Virus record (IMG/VR): IMGVR_UViG_3300034103_001027
Location: 32,001-96,000 of that record
DNA length: 64,000 bases
DNA from: a virus
Strand: one strand, 5' to 3'
The notes beneath the pieces were generated by a model. That model was not told the DNA's origin and did not search any database. It was given only the letters and a program-made list of their open reading frames with translations. Of the stretch, positions 1 to 9,423 are shown piece after piece. A program made the position numbers and the translations under genes. Position 1 is the stretch's first letter. Every line of letters starts with the position of its first letter.

Positions 1-300
1 ACCTATGCAGTGACTACCGTGGCCCGACCGTAGATCCTCAGTTGACTCGCCAGAGATGAACGACTTCTTGGCGATTGGCTCTGGCCCGAAGGCGTGCTTT
101 GTGTATCCAGTGTCCAGTACGGCTACACGGATATCCTTGCCGGTGGCAACTTGCCATAGCTTCTCCTTGATCCAGTCGAACCGATGCCACGCATCTGGAA
201 CCGTACTGGCCTCATGGACGAAGAGTGGCCCAATTACATCGTCTGGGGGGAGCGATACAATTGGACCACCGAATTCAGGACCGTCATAAATGTCTTCCAT
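1..300 (-). CDS. Subtilisin-like S8 serine protease, N-terminal part (runs off the window edge; not in the ORF track)
   Basis: Manual translation from ATG at 300 (AAGGA RBS upstream) gives ...GKDIRVAVLDTGY...DLRSGHGSHCIG, the S8 catalytic Asp and His motifs. Confidence 0.85.
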   Translation of the reverse strand, partial: MEDIYDGPEFGGPIVSLPPDDVIGPLFVHEASTVPDAWHRFDWIKEKLWQVATGKDIRVAVLDTGYTKHAFGPEPIAKKSFISGESTEDLRSGHGSHCIG

Positions 301-380
301 GACAGAATGTTCCTTCACTCGCCATATAAGGCGAGCCTAAATCGAAAAAAACAGCAAAAAAGATAAGAACTAGCGACCTG

Positions 381-701
381 CTAACTCTTTCGGCGACTCA
401 TGATCCACTGAATGATTGCGATCATGATTGGAATGTATGGAAGTGGGTTGAAGTTCGGGTCCGCAGTGTTGGCCGAGAACTCCAGCGACTCCAACTCCTT
501 GATGGCGGCATCGATTTCAACTTCTGTGTCACTATCCTCCATAACCGAGAAGATAGGGCCCTTTTCGAGCAGGGCACCGATTTCGCCGACCGCAGCCCCG
601 GCGAGCTTTAGTAATTGCCCGCGAGGCGGGTCTCCAGCGCGGACCAGGCGGATTGCTGCTAGGACGTGATCAATTGGTAGGCGAGCTTCGAAAGCGTACA
701 T
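381..701 (-). CDS. Hypothetical protein with a C-terminal hydrophobic helix
   Basis: 106-aa ORF, AAGGA RBS, ends YIPIMIAIIQWIMSRRKS. Confidence 0.6.
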   Translation of the reverse strand: MYAFEARLPIDHVLAAIRLVRAGDPPRGQLLKLAGAAVGEIGALLEKGPIFSVMEDSDTEVEIDAAIKELESLEFSANTADPNFNPLPYIPIMIAIIQWIMSRRKS

Positions 702-814
702 AACTGTTCCTTGTGTGGTTTAGGGGACTACTTGAGCGAAGTGCTCTCTATTTATTCTCATTTGAAAAGATTTTTGTTTTGCCACTCCGTGTGAGTGTGG
801 TATATGGCAAGGTT

Positions 815-1270
815 CTAGCGGTCAAAAATGGATCGCTTGAGGATTACGGCATTGATGGCCATTCTGATTGCCGTCTCCCCCCACGGGACGCCCATCTTCA
901 CAGCGGTCTTGTGGATCTTATGGATGATTTGCTCCTTTTGGTTCTTAACCTGATCTAGGGTCATTGCGTTCATGGCATCTTGTGTACCGGAGCAGCCGCA
1001 TCCTTCCTTCTTCTTGATTAACACTCCAAATATCTTGGATAGATCGTCGCCTATGGAGCTGCCGCCAAGCTCCATAGATTCAATAGCCGCCTCGATCTTA
1101 TCCTCTGGTAGTAGTGAGATATTGTGCTCATTGAGCCTCTTGGGTCTACTGCAGCTTAGGCATGCCTGACATGTATCCTGTTTTGCGTTGATTGCCTGCG
1201 AAGCAATTAACGACAAGATCTCGCAGTTGCCATCGGAGAGGTGCTCGCACTCAATTGGGGCATTGCTCAT
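815..1270 (-). CDS. Cys-rich hypothetical protein, paralog of 4454..4942
   Basis: CxxCxxC, plus a G-x-x-L...GC-x-C...MN...G-x-P block shared with 4454..4942. Confidence 0.65.
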   Translation of the reverse strand: MSNAPIECEHLSDGNCEILSLIASQAINAKQDTCQACLSCSRPKRLNEHNISLLPEDKIEAAIESMELGGSSIGDDLSKIFGVLIKKKEGCGCSGTQDAMNAMTLDQVKNQKEQIIHKIHKTAVKMGVPWGETAIRMAINAVILKRSIFDR

Positions 1271-2260
1271 TTACTTGCTGGTTCTATAGCCATGGGGGTG
1301 GTCCCTGTGCCATCTCCAGGCCGTTTCGATTGTTTCTTTTATCGATGTGTATCTGGGGTTCCATGCTAATACTCTCCTGGCTAGCGCGCAGTCGGCTACT
1401 AACTGCGGAGGGTCTCCGGGTCTTCTTGGTGCGACTCTTGTTGGGATGTCATTGCCAGTTACGTCCTTGCATGCCGATATCACTTCTAGGACACTGTGCC
1501 CAGTGCCAGTTCCGAGGTTCAACTGAATGTGCTTACTGGGTTCAAGTACATTGATTGCATTTATGTGCGCTTCGGCTAAGTCGCTTACATGTACGTAGTC
1601 TCTAATGCATGTTCCGTCGTGAGTCTCGTAGTCGTCTCCTAGTATGTCTATATGGTCCAGTTGTCCTAGTGCGACTTTTAGTGCCAGTGGGATCAGGTGG
1701 CTTTCCGGCGAGTGGTCTTCTCCGATTCTTCCAGATTCACTTGCTCCAACTGCATTGAAATACCGAAGTGATGCTGCTGCGAATCCGTATGCGAGTGAGT
1801 AATCTGTCAGGGCCTGCTCTATTGCGAGCTTAGTGAATCCGTATGGGCTTTGAGGTGTCTTGCGTGTCGTCTCTGTTATTTTGCTTGAGCCTACTGTTCC
1901 ATATACAGCGGCTGAACTGGATGAGACAATCATGCGGACGCCCGTCTCTCGCATTGCGTCCAGTAGGTTGAGTGTGAATGTGAGGTTGTTTGAGTAGTAC
2001 CTTCCGGGGTCGGCCACTGACTCGCCAACGCTCGTTAAAGCCGCAAAGTGGATCACGGCTTCAATGTGGTTGTTCCTGAGTATCTTAGTGATCCTACCTT
2101 TGTCGCTTAAGCATCCTTTAGCTAAGATTCCTCGTGGTATGCTTTCTTTGTGTCCAGTGCAGAGGCTGTCATACACGGTTGTGTTGTGTCCGCAGTCTAT
2201 TAGTCGCTCCACAGTGTGCGACCCAATGTATCCTGCGCCGCCAGTTACAAGGATGTTCAT
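1271..2260 (-). CDS. galE: UDP-glucose 4-epimerase
   Basis: GGAGYIGSH, HFAA, SSSAAVYG, YGFTK (YxxxK), LRYFN, DGTCIRDYVHVSDLA, RRPGDP. Confidence 0.95.
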   Translation of the reverse strand: MNILVTGGAGYIGSHTVERLIDCGHNTTVYDSLCTGHKESIPRGILAKGCLSDKGRITKILRNNHIEAVIHFAALTSVGESVADPGRYYSNNLTFTLNLLDAMRETGVRMIVSSSSAAVYGTVGSSKITETTRKTPQSPYGFTKLAIEQALTDYSLAYGFAAASLRYFNAVGASESGRIGEDHSPESHLIPLALKVALGQLDHIDILGDDYETHDGTCIRDYVHVSDLAEAHINAINVLEPSKHIQLNLGTGTGHSVLEVISACKDVTGNDIPTRVAPRRPGDPPQLVADCALARRVLAWNPRYTSIKETIETAWRWHRDHPHGYRTSK

Positions 2261-2275
2261 ATGTCTGTCGAGAGA

Positions 2276-3439
2276 TTAGAGTTTTGCCATTGCGCAGCAG
2301 TCCTCTAGGATTGCGAGTCTTGCCTTTCCGTGCATGCCGATTATGTGCTGCATCCATGAATCATGGCTGTATGACCCCCAGAATGTTGATGGCGCAATGT
2401 GATGGACATCTTCGAGGAGTATGTTATCGTTCGCTCTTGGTGATAATATCTTTGTCAGCGCCCCTTCTTCGTGAGGATACCGCCGAGCGTACTCTCTGTA
2501 GTTAAGTGATCTATCAATGACTTCTCGCATGTGTGGCTGAGTTCGCACTCCAAACCAGCATGTGTTTAGTAGTCCTTCGTAGAATCCTTGTATTTTGTAT
2601 GCACCGCCGATTAAATCGAATCCATGTAGTGACCATATGTGAAGAGGTATTGGGTTTGTGAATACGATATCAGCATCTATCCACCATATGATTTTTTTTT
2701 CTGGATACATGTCCCATGTTTTTTGTATTGCGGATATTTTAGACCACTGTGGATCAGTGCCTGGTGGTGGGGGGAGCGACATCGCTTCATAAGTGTATCC
2801 AAAGTGTTCGCAATATTTCCTGTGGTTGTCTTTAATGCAGTCTGGCCAGAAGTTTCCATGAAAGTTAGATATCACTACAATCTCGTCTGGTGTATAGTAA
2901 CCTCGTTTTAGTATGTACCAGTCTAGTCCGTCAGATGTCCTAAATAAGGCGAGGTTGTTTTTTTTTGTGAAATCCATTACGGCTTGTGATACTGCGAACC
3001 AAGTGCTCTTATCCTCGCTTAATCCCGTCCGGAAGTCGTCGCCAGCCAGTATCCCTCCGTCTGCCACTTTAGGCCACCATGCGTTCAGTTCTTGAGTGAC
3101 GTGCCGGTAGCCATGGTTTGAGTCTAAGTATACACAGCCAACGCTACCGTCCTGGAATGATGATGATGCCAGTATACTATCATCTCGAATTATTCTGTGC
3201 CTCTCTGAGACCGATGCGAATATTTTATCAAAGTGCGATTGCGATACATTGCTGCCGTCTGGGTACTGGTGATCTGACTGAGATTTGTATGTGTCAATTC
3301 CAATGCACTCGCCTCCCCAGATTGACTTAACGTGATCTATGTGGTGGCCTTCAAATACACCGCACTCTACGTATGGTAGGGTTATATTGAGGTTCTTCAT
3401 CATCCACGGTAGGTGCTCTCTATGTTCGTACCACGACAT
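2276..3439 (-). CDS. Fusion of a class I SAM methyltransferase (Methyltransf_24-like) and a GT34-like (GMA12/MNN10) glycosyltransferase
   Basis: N-terminal half: VECGVFEG, VYLDSNHGY, GGILAGDD. C-terminal half: YCEHFGY, WSKI, WWIDAD (DxD), LNT, HEEGAL. Confidence 0.75.
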   Translation of the reverse strand: MSWYEHREHLPWMMKNLNITLPYVECGVFEGHHIDHVKSIWGGECIGIDTYKSQSDHQYPDGSNVSQSHFDKIFASVSERHRIIRDDSILASSSFQDGSVGCVYLDSNHGYRHVTQELNAWWPKVADGGILAGDDFRTGLSEDKSTWFAVSQAVMDFTKKNNLALFRTSDGLDWYILKRGYYTPDEIVVISNFHGNFWPDCIKDNHRKYCEHFGYTYEAMSLPPPPGTDPQWSKISAIQKTWDMYPEKKIIWWIDADIVFTNPIPLHIWSLHGFDLIGGAYKIQGFYEGLLNTCWFGVRTQPHMREVIDRSLNYREYARRYPHEEGALTKILSPRANDNILLEDVHHIAPSTFWGSYSHDSWMQHIIGMHGKARLAILEDCCAMAKL

Positions 3440-3458
3440 GTCTATTTCCTTATTGTTT

Positions 3459-4457
3459 CTATTTTGCCTGTTCTTCTATGTCTTCCACAGATCCTGCACT
3501 GTCAATTGCTATCCACTCTACATCTGGCAAGCATTCCTTAAGCTCATCCAGTGTCACTTCTGGGTGGTACAGTGCCGGTATTCTTCCTGACTCATAAGCT
3601 TCTCTTGAGACAAAGCCCCACCAATAATTAAATGCCCTGGCTGGGTTCTTCATTTGGGCCGCTGCTTCTATTGATATGTCGATACCATTCGCACCAATGT
3701 TGTTTCCGAAGTGTAAGAAGTGTACGCAGTCCTTACGGAATGCAGGGTTAGCCCGATACAGTATGCATTTATTGGGTATCTTTTCGTTTGAGGCATATTT
3801 TTCTGGGTTTGTAAAAAAGGCGACACCTTCTTCTTTACCGGAAATGTCAGACTTAAAGCCGTGCTGGCCTACGTACCACTTGTTAGGGCAGTATACTGCA
3901 TTTCTTGCATCTTCATGGAACCTTCCCAGGTGGTGGTCAATATGGAATGAGTGTTCGAATGGTAGGTGCGAGCAGTGCTGGTAGATAGCAATCATTCCTG
4001 GCCTATTCACAGCAAAGCAGTGGGTTCTGTTTACGTTGTATGGCCTAAGTACGTGTTCGTTTATCCTCTTGGGCCGGTGCGAGTTGACGTGCATCAGTTG
4101 TCCGCCAAGGTACGCCTGCTGCCAGTGGTCTGGTAGGTTGTCGAGGAATATATTGGCTTGATCGAAATCATCATGGAACTGAGCGTCATCCTCGAATACA
4201 ATGTAGGAGGATATTCTGTTGTTGAGGCAGTACTCGAGGATTTGCATGTGCGACCTGTAGCATCCCCACGCCCCGCCACCAGCCTTCCAGTTATCAGGTG
4301 GTGGGCACATCGTTCCGCTGATTGCTGGCCACACTTCAACTTCAGGCAGCCAATCGCATTTTGGCAGGCCATCCAGAAAGCTCTTGAGCCTCAATGGCCT
4401 GTCTTTGAGGCTTATGACGAAAGCTTTTTCGAGTGTCATTTTGTTTGGTGAGTTCAA
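3459..4457 (-). CDS. Glycosyltransferase family 25-like protein with a C-terminal extension
   Basis: VISLKDRPLR, AISG, GAWGCYRSH, VFEDDA, THCFAVN, HID. Confidence 0.8.
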   Translation of the reverse strand: MNSPNKMTLEKAFVISLKDRPLRLKSFLDGLPKCDWLPEVEVWPAISGTMCPPPDNWKAGGGAWGCYRSHMQILEYCLNNRISSYIVFEDDAQFHDDFDQANIFLDNLPDHWQQAYLGGQLMHVNSHRPKRINEHVLRPYNVNRTHCFAVNRPGMIAIYQHCSHLPFEHSFHIDHHLGRFHEDARNAVYCPNKWYVGQHGFKSDISGKEEGVAFFTNPEKYASNEKIPNKCILYRANPAFRKDCVHFLHFGNNIGANGIDISIEAAAQMKNPARAFNYWWGFVSREAYESGRIPALYHPEVTLDELKECLPDVEWIAIDSAGSVEDIEEQAK

Positions 4458-4942
4458 TTACTCGCTCCGCTATTGCAACTTCCCATTTTTGTTCTAGCCT
4501 TATTAATGGCTCTTTTGACGATTAACTCCGACACGAATCTGGAGAATGGTAGCCCTCTTTGGTGCGATGCCTCCTTTAGTCGATGGCAAATGTAATCCAT
4601 CTGTTTTTCGCACATATCAGGCCCCCACCTATTCATTTTAGCTTCGAGATCTTGGCATGGCTTGCATCCATGTTGGTTTGGGATAGGGAACCATGATATG
4701 ATCTTCTTGAGTTCCGTTCCAACCATGCCAGTTTCGCTGGTTGCCATGCTGCTGGTTGACATGCTATTAATCGGTTCGCTTGGTAGGTCCGGGTACTCAT
4801 TCTTAATGTTGAGGTACTCGTCTGGCTCTATGTAGAAGAACTCGTCGTCAGGTACTGTCGATGACGATTGAAGTCTCTCTATGTATCCACTTGCCTTGCG
4901 GTCCTGTTTTGATGCAGCCAGTGACTTTCGGATCTTCATCAT
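4454..4942 (-). CDS. Cys-containing hypothetical protein, paralog of 815..1270
   Basis: GTELKKII...GCKPC...MNRWG...GLPF; start/stop overlaps with both neighbours. Confidence 0.65.
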   Translation of the reverse strand: MMKIRKSLAASKQDRKASGYIERLQSSSTVPDDEFFYIEPDEYLNIKNEYPDLPSEPINSMSTSSMATSETGMVGTELKKIISWFPIPNQHGCKPCQDLEAKMNRWGPDMCEKQMDYICHRLKEASHQRGLPFSRFVSELIVKRAINKARTKMGSCNSGASN

Positions 4943-5742
4943 GGAGGTAGCTCCTCGTCACATTCTAGGCAGGTTACGTAGAAGTATTTTAGACACCCAT
5001 CAAACATTGCGATGTAGTGTTCGGCTGTACCAGTCCCGCACCCAATAAAATCAAGCTCGACCCACATATCAAGAGTTCCGCCCGGAGGTATGGATATATT
5101 GGTGGAGTCTCTATTGAAGTTTATACCAGTTGGGTAGCCTCCAACGTAACCGTGAGACGCCGCAACCACATGGCCAAGCAAGCAATTTTGCTGCACTGGT
5201 GCAAACTCACAGTTGAAACTCGAAGGGTCAGACTCCCCTGCTCTACATGGCGGAGCACCTGCTTGGCAGTCCTCGCCATCTATTGGGTGTGTTGTCCATG
5301 TGCATAATCCATCGTTGAATATCGTCCAGGATATTCTGACTCTTGCTGGTATCTTATTACCATCACTATCTATAGTGGAGCAGGCTCTTTCGGGACTCAT
5401 TGCAGGTGGTGGATCATTTGAGACTCCTCTAGGTGCTCGACAGATTGAGTCAAAAATAGGTCCGCAGAATTCGTTAGGGAAGGCAGTATATCCATCCCAC
5501 GCAATGCAGCAATTACATGGCGCGGAACTAGAACTGGAACTAGAACTGGAGCTAGAACTGGAACTAGGGCTGGAACTAGGTCTGGAACTAGGGCTGGAAC
5601 TAGAACTGGAACTAGAACTAGAACTGGAACTGGAACTGGAACTAGAACTGGAACTAGAACTGGAACTGGAACTGGAACTGGAACTAGAGCTAGAACTGGA
5701 ACTGGAGCTAGAGCTACCGCAGCAGCAGAATCTTGTTGGCAT
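4939..5742 (-). CDS. Poly-serine, Cys-rich protein, probably virion-associated
   Basis: CCCG, then 41 consecutive Ser and a second Ser run, then a Cys-rich domain; same strand as the operon. Confidence 0.7.
   Translation of the reverse strand: MPTRFCCCGSSSSSSSSSSSSSSSSSSSSSSSSSSSSSSSSSSSSSSSSSPSSRPSSSPSSSSSSSSSSSSSSAPCNCCIAWDGYTAFPNEFCGPIFDSICRAPRGVSNDPPPAMSPERACSTIDSDGNKIPARVRISWTIFNDGLCTWTTHPIDGEDCQAGAPPCRAGESDPSSFNCEFAPVQQNCLLGHVVAASHGYVGGYPTGINFNRDSTNISIPPGGTLDMWVELDFIGCGTGTAEHYIAMFDGCLKYFYVTCLECDEELPP
5524..5715 (-). repeat. Hexamer low-complexity repeat (TCCAGT/TCTAGT) encoding poly-Ser
   Basis: Visible gaacta/gaactg iterations on the plus strand. Confidence 0.95.
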
Positions 5743-5788
5743 CTTATAGAGTCGCCGCCATGATTAAATATTGCTTTGGCATGTTTTG

Positions 5789-6142
5789 TTAATTGCCAGC
5801 GCAGCACCTATTGAATGCCGTCCATTCTGGCACGCCACTAACGCCAACCGTCCTATGTGCCCACAAGTACACACCGCTAATGTCTTCATCATTGATGCAC
5901 CCAGACGGATCTTTAACTAGGACTGCAGACCCAATCAAATGCGATGCTATTTGAGATGCCCTTGACACCATCAGGTTAACTCCACCTTCTGCCTGTGACA
6001 CGACCAATCCCTCAATGGTTCCGTAGCTCTCTGCTGTTGGATAATACCATAGCGGCAGCGGGATCTGATTCAGCGGGGACATTACTTGCCCCCTGTGAGT
6101 TATGTCGCCTCCGCCAAGATGGCGATTGACTGCGTCAACCAT
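5789..6142 (-). CDS. Hypothetical protein in the structural module
   Basis: ORF within the operon. Confidence 0.55.
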   Translation of the reverse strand: MVDAVNRHLGGGDITHRGQVMSPLNQIPLPLWYYPTAESYGTIEGLVVSQAEGGVNLMVSRASQIASHLIGSAVLVKDPSGCINDEDISGVYLWAHRTVGVSGVPEWTAFNRCCAGN

Positions 6143-6147
6143 TTGCT

Positions 6148-6555
6148 TTATGGCTTGAGTGTGTTGGTTACGAGCGGATTGAACATTAGCGTCGATGAAT
6201 CCGTTGCCGCGCCAAGTATCGTTAGGTAGTTACTAGGTGCAAGATCGGCGATTGGTGCGATTGCACCAGCTGTAGCGCTGAGAATGTATGTCTCGCCGAC
6301 AGTGAGTGTGGCACCGAGGTCTATCCTTGATCCAGGGAGTGCGTATATTACTGTCCCGCCAGATGTTGCTGGTGTTAGCGATATACCGACAACGACAGCT
6401 TTATCGATTCCGTCGTTGTTGTCGCACAGGAGTAACTGACCGCCTGATTCGTACAATGGCTGGCCCTGTGTTATCGTCGCACCGGCGACTCCAGAACCAA
6501 ACGGTCCCTGGTTTTTGAGTTTAACATTTGCTGCTGTTTGTGATAGGTTCGCCAT
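6148..6555 (-). CDS. Putative small structural/decoration protein
   Basis: Gly/Ala/Thr-rich (AGATITQGQPLY, GETYILSATAGAI), resembles cement/decoration-type proteins. Confidence 0.5.
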   Translation of the reverse strand: MANLSQTAANVKLKNQGPFGSGVAGATITQGQPLYESGGQLLLCDNNDGIDKAVVVGISLTPATSGGTVIYALPGSRIDLGATLTVGETYILSATAGAIAPIADLAPSNYLTILGAATDSSTLMFNPLVTNTLKP

Positions 6556-6567
6556 TTGGTGCTATTG

Positions 6568-7056
6568 TCAGTCGGACAATCCCTGTATTGAGCTGAAGTT
6601 GATTTTTCTTTTCGTTGTTTTATTTGAAATCGATACTGGTAGCGTGTAAGTGCTATCCATAAAGCCTATCTCAGGGTAGAAGACATCCCACCCATCATCC
6701 CTGTCTATGCACCTAACGACATAGTGGACAGTCTCACCAAACCCAGACCCCCTGTTCTCTAGGCCGTTGGATATGATCTTACTTATCCACGCCTGGCCCT
6801 CGCCCCATCCTCTCCAATCGCCTGAGTTTATTGAGTTGATTTCGTTTCTAAATTGGCTGTCACTGTACGACTTGAACTTGAAAATGTGAAAGACAGCCAC
6901 TGCTACAGGTTCCATCAGTGGCAGTATTGGGAGTTTATTTCCGGATGTTCGTATTGGCGTCCCATTTGAGGTTTTCCAAGCAGGCAGCCATATCACTTCG
7001 GAGGACCGAGTGATGATGGCTGGCTTGTTGGAGATGTTAGGGGCGCTGAACGACAT
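6568..7056 (-). CDS. Hypothetical, possibly a tail protein
   Basis: ORF within the structural operon. Confidence 0.5.
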   Translation of the reverse strand: MSFSAPNISNKPAIITRSSEVIWLPAWKTSNGTPIRTSGNKLPILPLMEPVAVAVFHIFKFKSYSDSQFRNEINSINSGDWRGWGEGQAWISKIISNGLENRGSGFGETVHYVVRCIDRDDGWDVFYPEIGFMDSTYTLPVSISNKTTKRKINFSSIQGLSD

Positions 7057-7071
7057 CTTCTGGCGGTCTTA

Positions 7072-7191
7072 CTACTTGGCAGGTTTCTTGGTGGGTGACT
7101 TCTTCTTGTCATCCTTCTTCATTAGCCACGGTGGCATCTTGCCGCTTGGTTTGGTGGACTTGCCAGATGTTTTGCATGAAGACTTTTTCAT
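7072..7191 (-). CDS. 39-aa Lys-rich basic peptide (not in the ORF track)
   Basis: MKKSSCKTSGKSTKPSGKMPPWLMKKDDKKKSPTKKPAK, AAAGGA RBS, fills an intergenic gap. Confidence 0.6.
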   Translation of the reverse strand: MKKSSCKTSGKSTKPSGKMPPWLMKKDDKKKSPTKKPAK

Positions 7192-7256
7192 TGCGATTCC
7201 TTTTGAGTGAATGATCTGCCTCTCTGTGTATTATTCCCGTTGCGAAAGATTTTCTT

Positions 7257-7616
7257 TTAAGACTTCCACATCAGGAAGATTACGCAGTCGGCATTGACTG
7301 TACCACTGAGCTTGATCTTTGCGTGGCCAACTGCAGCCACTTCAGCGATCTCGCTTGATGTAAGCGACACTGCACCAGCGGCTGCTACGTTTTTAGCTGC
7401 TGATAGCAGGTCTGTCTCTGGGAATGTTGCCGATGCGGACTGTGGAGGGTCACCAGCGACTGCTGTTATCTGAATTGCCTTTCCAATGACTGGGGAGCTT
7501 GTCGGTATGAGGAATGTCCCAAAGGCTCCGCTGCGCAGGTCGATTCTCCCGCTGACGGACTCTCCGTTCTTAAATGAAATGGGGATCACTTGATGCGTTC
7601 TTTCTGTGTACGACAT
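7257..7616 (-). CDS. Hypothetical structural protein
   Basis: Probable start MSYTERTHQ just after the upstream stop. Confidence 0.55.
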   Translation of the reverse strand: MSYTERTHQVIPISFKNGESVSGRIDLRSGAFGTFLIPTSSPVIGKAIQITAVAGDPPQSASATFPETDLLSAAKNVAAAGAVSLTSSEIAEVAAVGHAKIKLSGTVNADCVIFLMWKS

Positions 7617-7617
7617 G

Positions 7618-9423
7618 TTAGTCTTCCGTTGGTAAGTTGGTTGCGTCTGATTTGTATATTTGCCAAGATGGAGATCCAGCATCCATCGCATGGTCTCCTA
7701 CCCGCCTGTCCCTGCTCATTGCTTCTCTTAGGCTCTTCTTGGCCATCTCTGAAGCAATGACGGATTTAGCGTGATCGTGATTCTTGGTGTACTGGTAGAA
7801 TGCCTCGTCCTCGAGTGCTTCGAGCATTACGCTAGCTTCAATGTCGATTGGCGAGCTTATCGCGTATCCTCTAGCTGATATTGTCTCTGGCAACGCCTCT
7901 GAGAGTGTAAGTGTCGTTGCTGTGGGTGCTGCGATAATGAATGACTGGAAGTCCCAGTTGTCTGAGTCAAGGTCCGTTGGTGTTGTGGAGTTACTCGAGA
8001 CTCGAATGATGCACCCAACAAGTCTCTTGTGAAACGCAGCGCCAGCACTCGTGACTGTATCTGAGTTTGCCGATCCAGCTAGATTGCTTCCTGTGACGGA
8101 ATGTATGGATGGCGTTATCGGGAGGACTGATGCGCTAACCTCGATTGTTTCCTCTTCGGTCGGCGCTGGATGCAGGATGAATTCGCACCCGCCAAACTTG
8201 CCGCCATGGTTTTGCCATGAGAAGCATCTTGAGTGTCCATTGATCGTGCTGGAGAATGTTGATGCATTGAACTCAGCGAATGGAATTGATGTCAGCGGTC
8301 TGTTGTTCGTTATATTGTGCGCGTACTCTATTTTTAGCACTTCCCTGCCGAATGTGTATGCGCGGCGTCTCCAGGTGGCATCGCCTTCGTAGTCCGACAT
8401 CATGGCGCTGTCTGGCTCGAGCGTTGCTGTCGTGTTGGACAGTCTTCTGTGTACCTTGTAGAAGTTGCCTCCGATAAGGATTTCACCCATTGCAGCGTCT
8501 GCTGGCCAGTTGTCTCCGTCGGTGATTGTGACTAGTCGTTCGCTTGCGCCGCCAGTGCGGTCGTATTCGATAGTCATGGACCTTTCGGCTGACGTTGTGA
8601 ATCGCGTTTGTGCCTTGTAGTAGTTCCATCCGTGCTTTGTGTGTAGAGACCTAATTGCAGACTGGATAGCCTTGACGATTCTTGCGTTGTGTCTCTCTGA
8701 CGGGGTGCCACCCGTCCTGAGGGTCATTGAGTGAACCATGTCTTGCAGTGTCAGCACTTCATGTCCTGCTAATCCGCCCCATGATGGCATCCATGGATTG
8801 CTTGGAGGCGATATGGTGCTTGTGCTTTGCTTAAATCGCCAGTCCTTGCTTGCGATCTGCTTTTTGGCTAGCGTGACTGTTGAGGCAGTGCCCTGCTTCG
8901 TGTAAGTGCCTAGCGGTGAGGCGACTGTTGGACCTAAGAAAAAAGTCAGGCCGTCCCATTCGATAACCCACCTATCAGTTCCATCTGGCACGTCCGAGCG
9001 AAACAGGACGCAATCCTTCGTTGCTACAGTCCATGCCCATAGCCGAGTATTCCCGCTGCCAGATACGGCAATCCCGATATCGGCTGTATATACGTCTGGA
9101 GTTACACCGCTGCCAGTCACTGCAAACCGATTGAATGAATCAATCATCGTTGCGGTGTCGTACTGCTCAGTAAGCGCGCCCTGCGCCAAGTCGATAACGA
9201 CATGGTTATTGTCTGAGGTAGTTGGATTGCTAGCACCTAGGAATACCCACCACTTAGTATATTCAGTGTCATCTAGCGTGATTGTGAATGTGCCTAGTTG
9301 CGATACGCTTTCCGTAGCAGCAATTCCGTAATCCGCATAGTGACTAAATGGAATCGAAGTATCGGCTGGAATAGCCCTGGCTGTGCTGCCTGTTGGTGCT
9401 GAGAATATGATAGTGTGAAGCAT
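7618..9423 (-). CDS. Putative head-tail adaptor-like protein with extra beta-rich domains
   Basis: AIQSAIRSL...GWNY and ILHPAP patterns typical of adaptor/tail-tubular proteins; position in the module. Confidence 0.45.
   Translation of the reverse strand: MLHTIIFSAPTGSTARAIPADTSIPFSHYADYGIAATESVSQLGTFTITLDDTEYTKWWVFLGASNPTTSDNNHVVIDLAQGALTEQYDTATMIDSFNRFAVTGSGVTPDVYTADIGIAVSGSGNTRLWAWTVATKDCVLFRSDVPDGTDRWVIEWDGLTFFLGPTVASPLGTYTKQGTASTVTLAKKQIASKDWRFKQSTSTISPPSNPWMPSWGGLAGHEVLTLQDMVHSMTLRTGGTPSERHNARIVKAIQSAIRSLHTKHGWNYYKAQTRFTTSAERSMTIEYDRTGGASERLVTITDGDNWPADAAMGEILIGGNFYKVHRRLSNTTATLEPDSAMMSDYEGDATWRRRAYTFGREVLKIEYAHNITNNRPLTSIPFAEFNASTFSSTINGHSRCFSWQNHGGKFGGCEFILHPAPTEEETIEVSASVLPITPSIHSVTGSNLAGSANSDTVTSAGAAFHKRLVGCIIRVSSNSTTPTDLDSDNWDFQSFIIAAPTATTLTLSEALPETISARGYAISSPIDIEASVMLEALEDEAFYQYTKNHDHAKSVIASEMAKKSLREAMSRDRRVGDHAMDAGSPSWQIYKSDATNLPTED

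Noticed and set aside
5213-5807. ELELEL (plus strand) and VPVPVL (alternate frame) ORFs
   Set aside because: Shadow frames of the poly-Ser hexamer repeat; the Ser frame fits the operon
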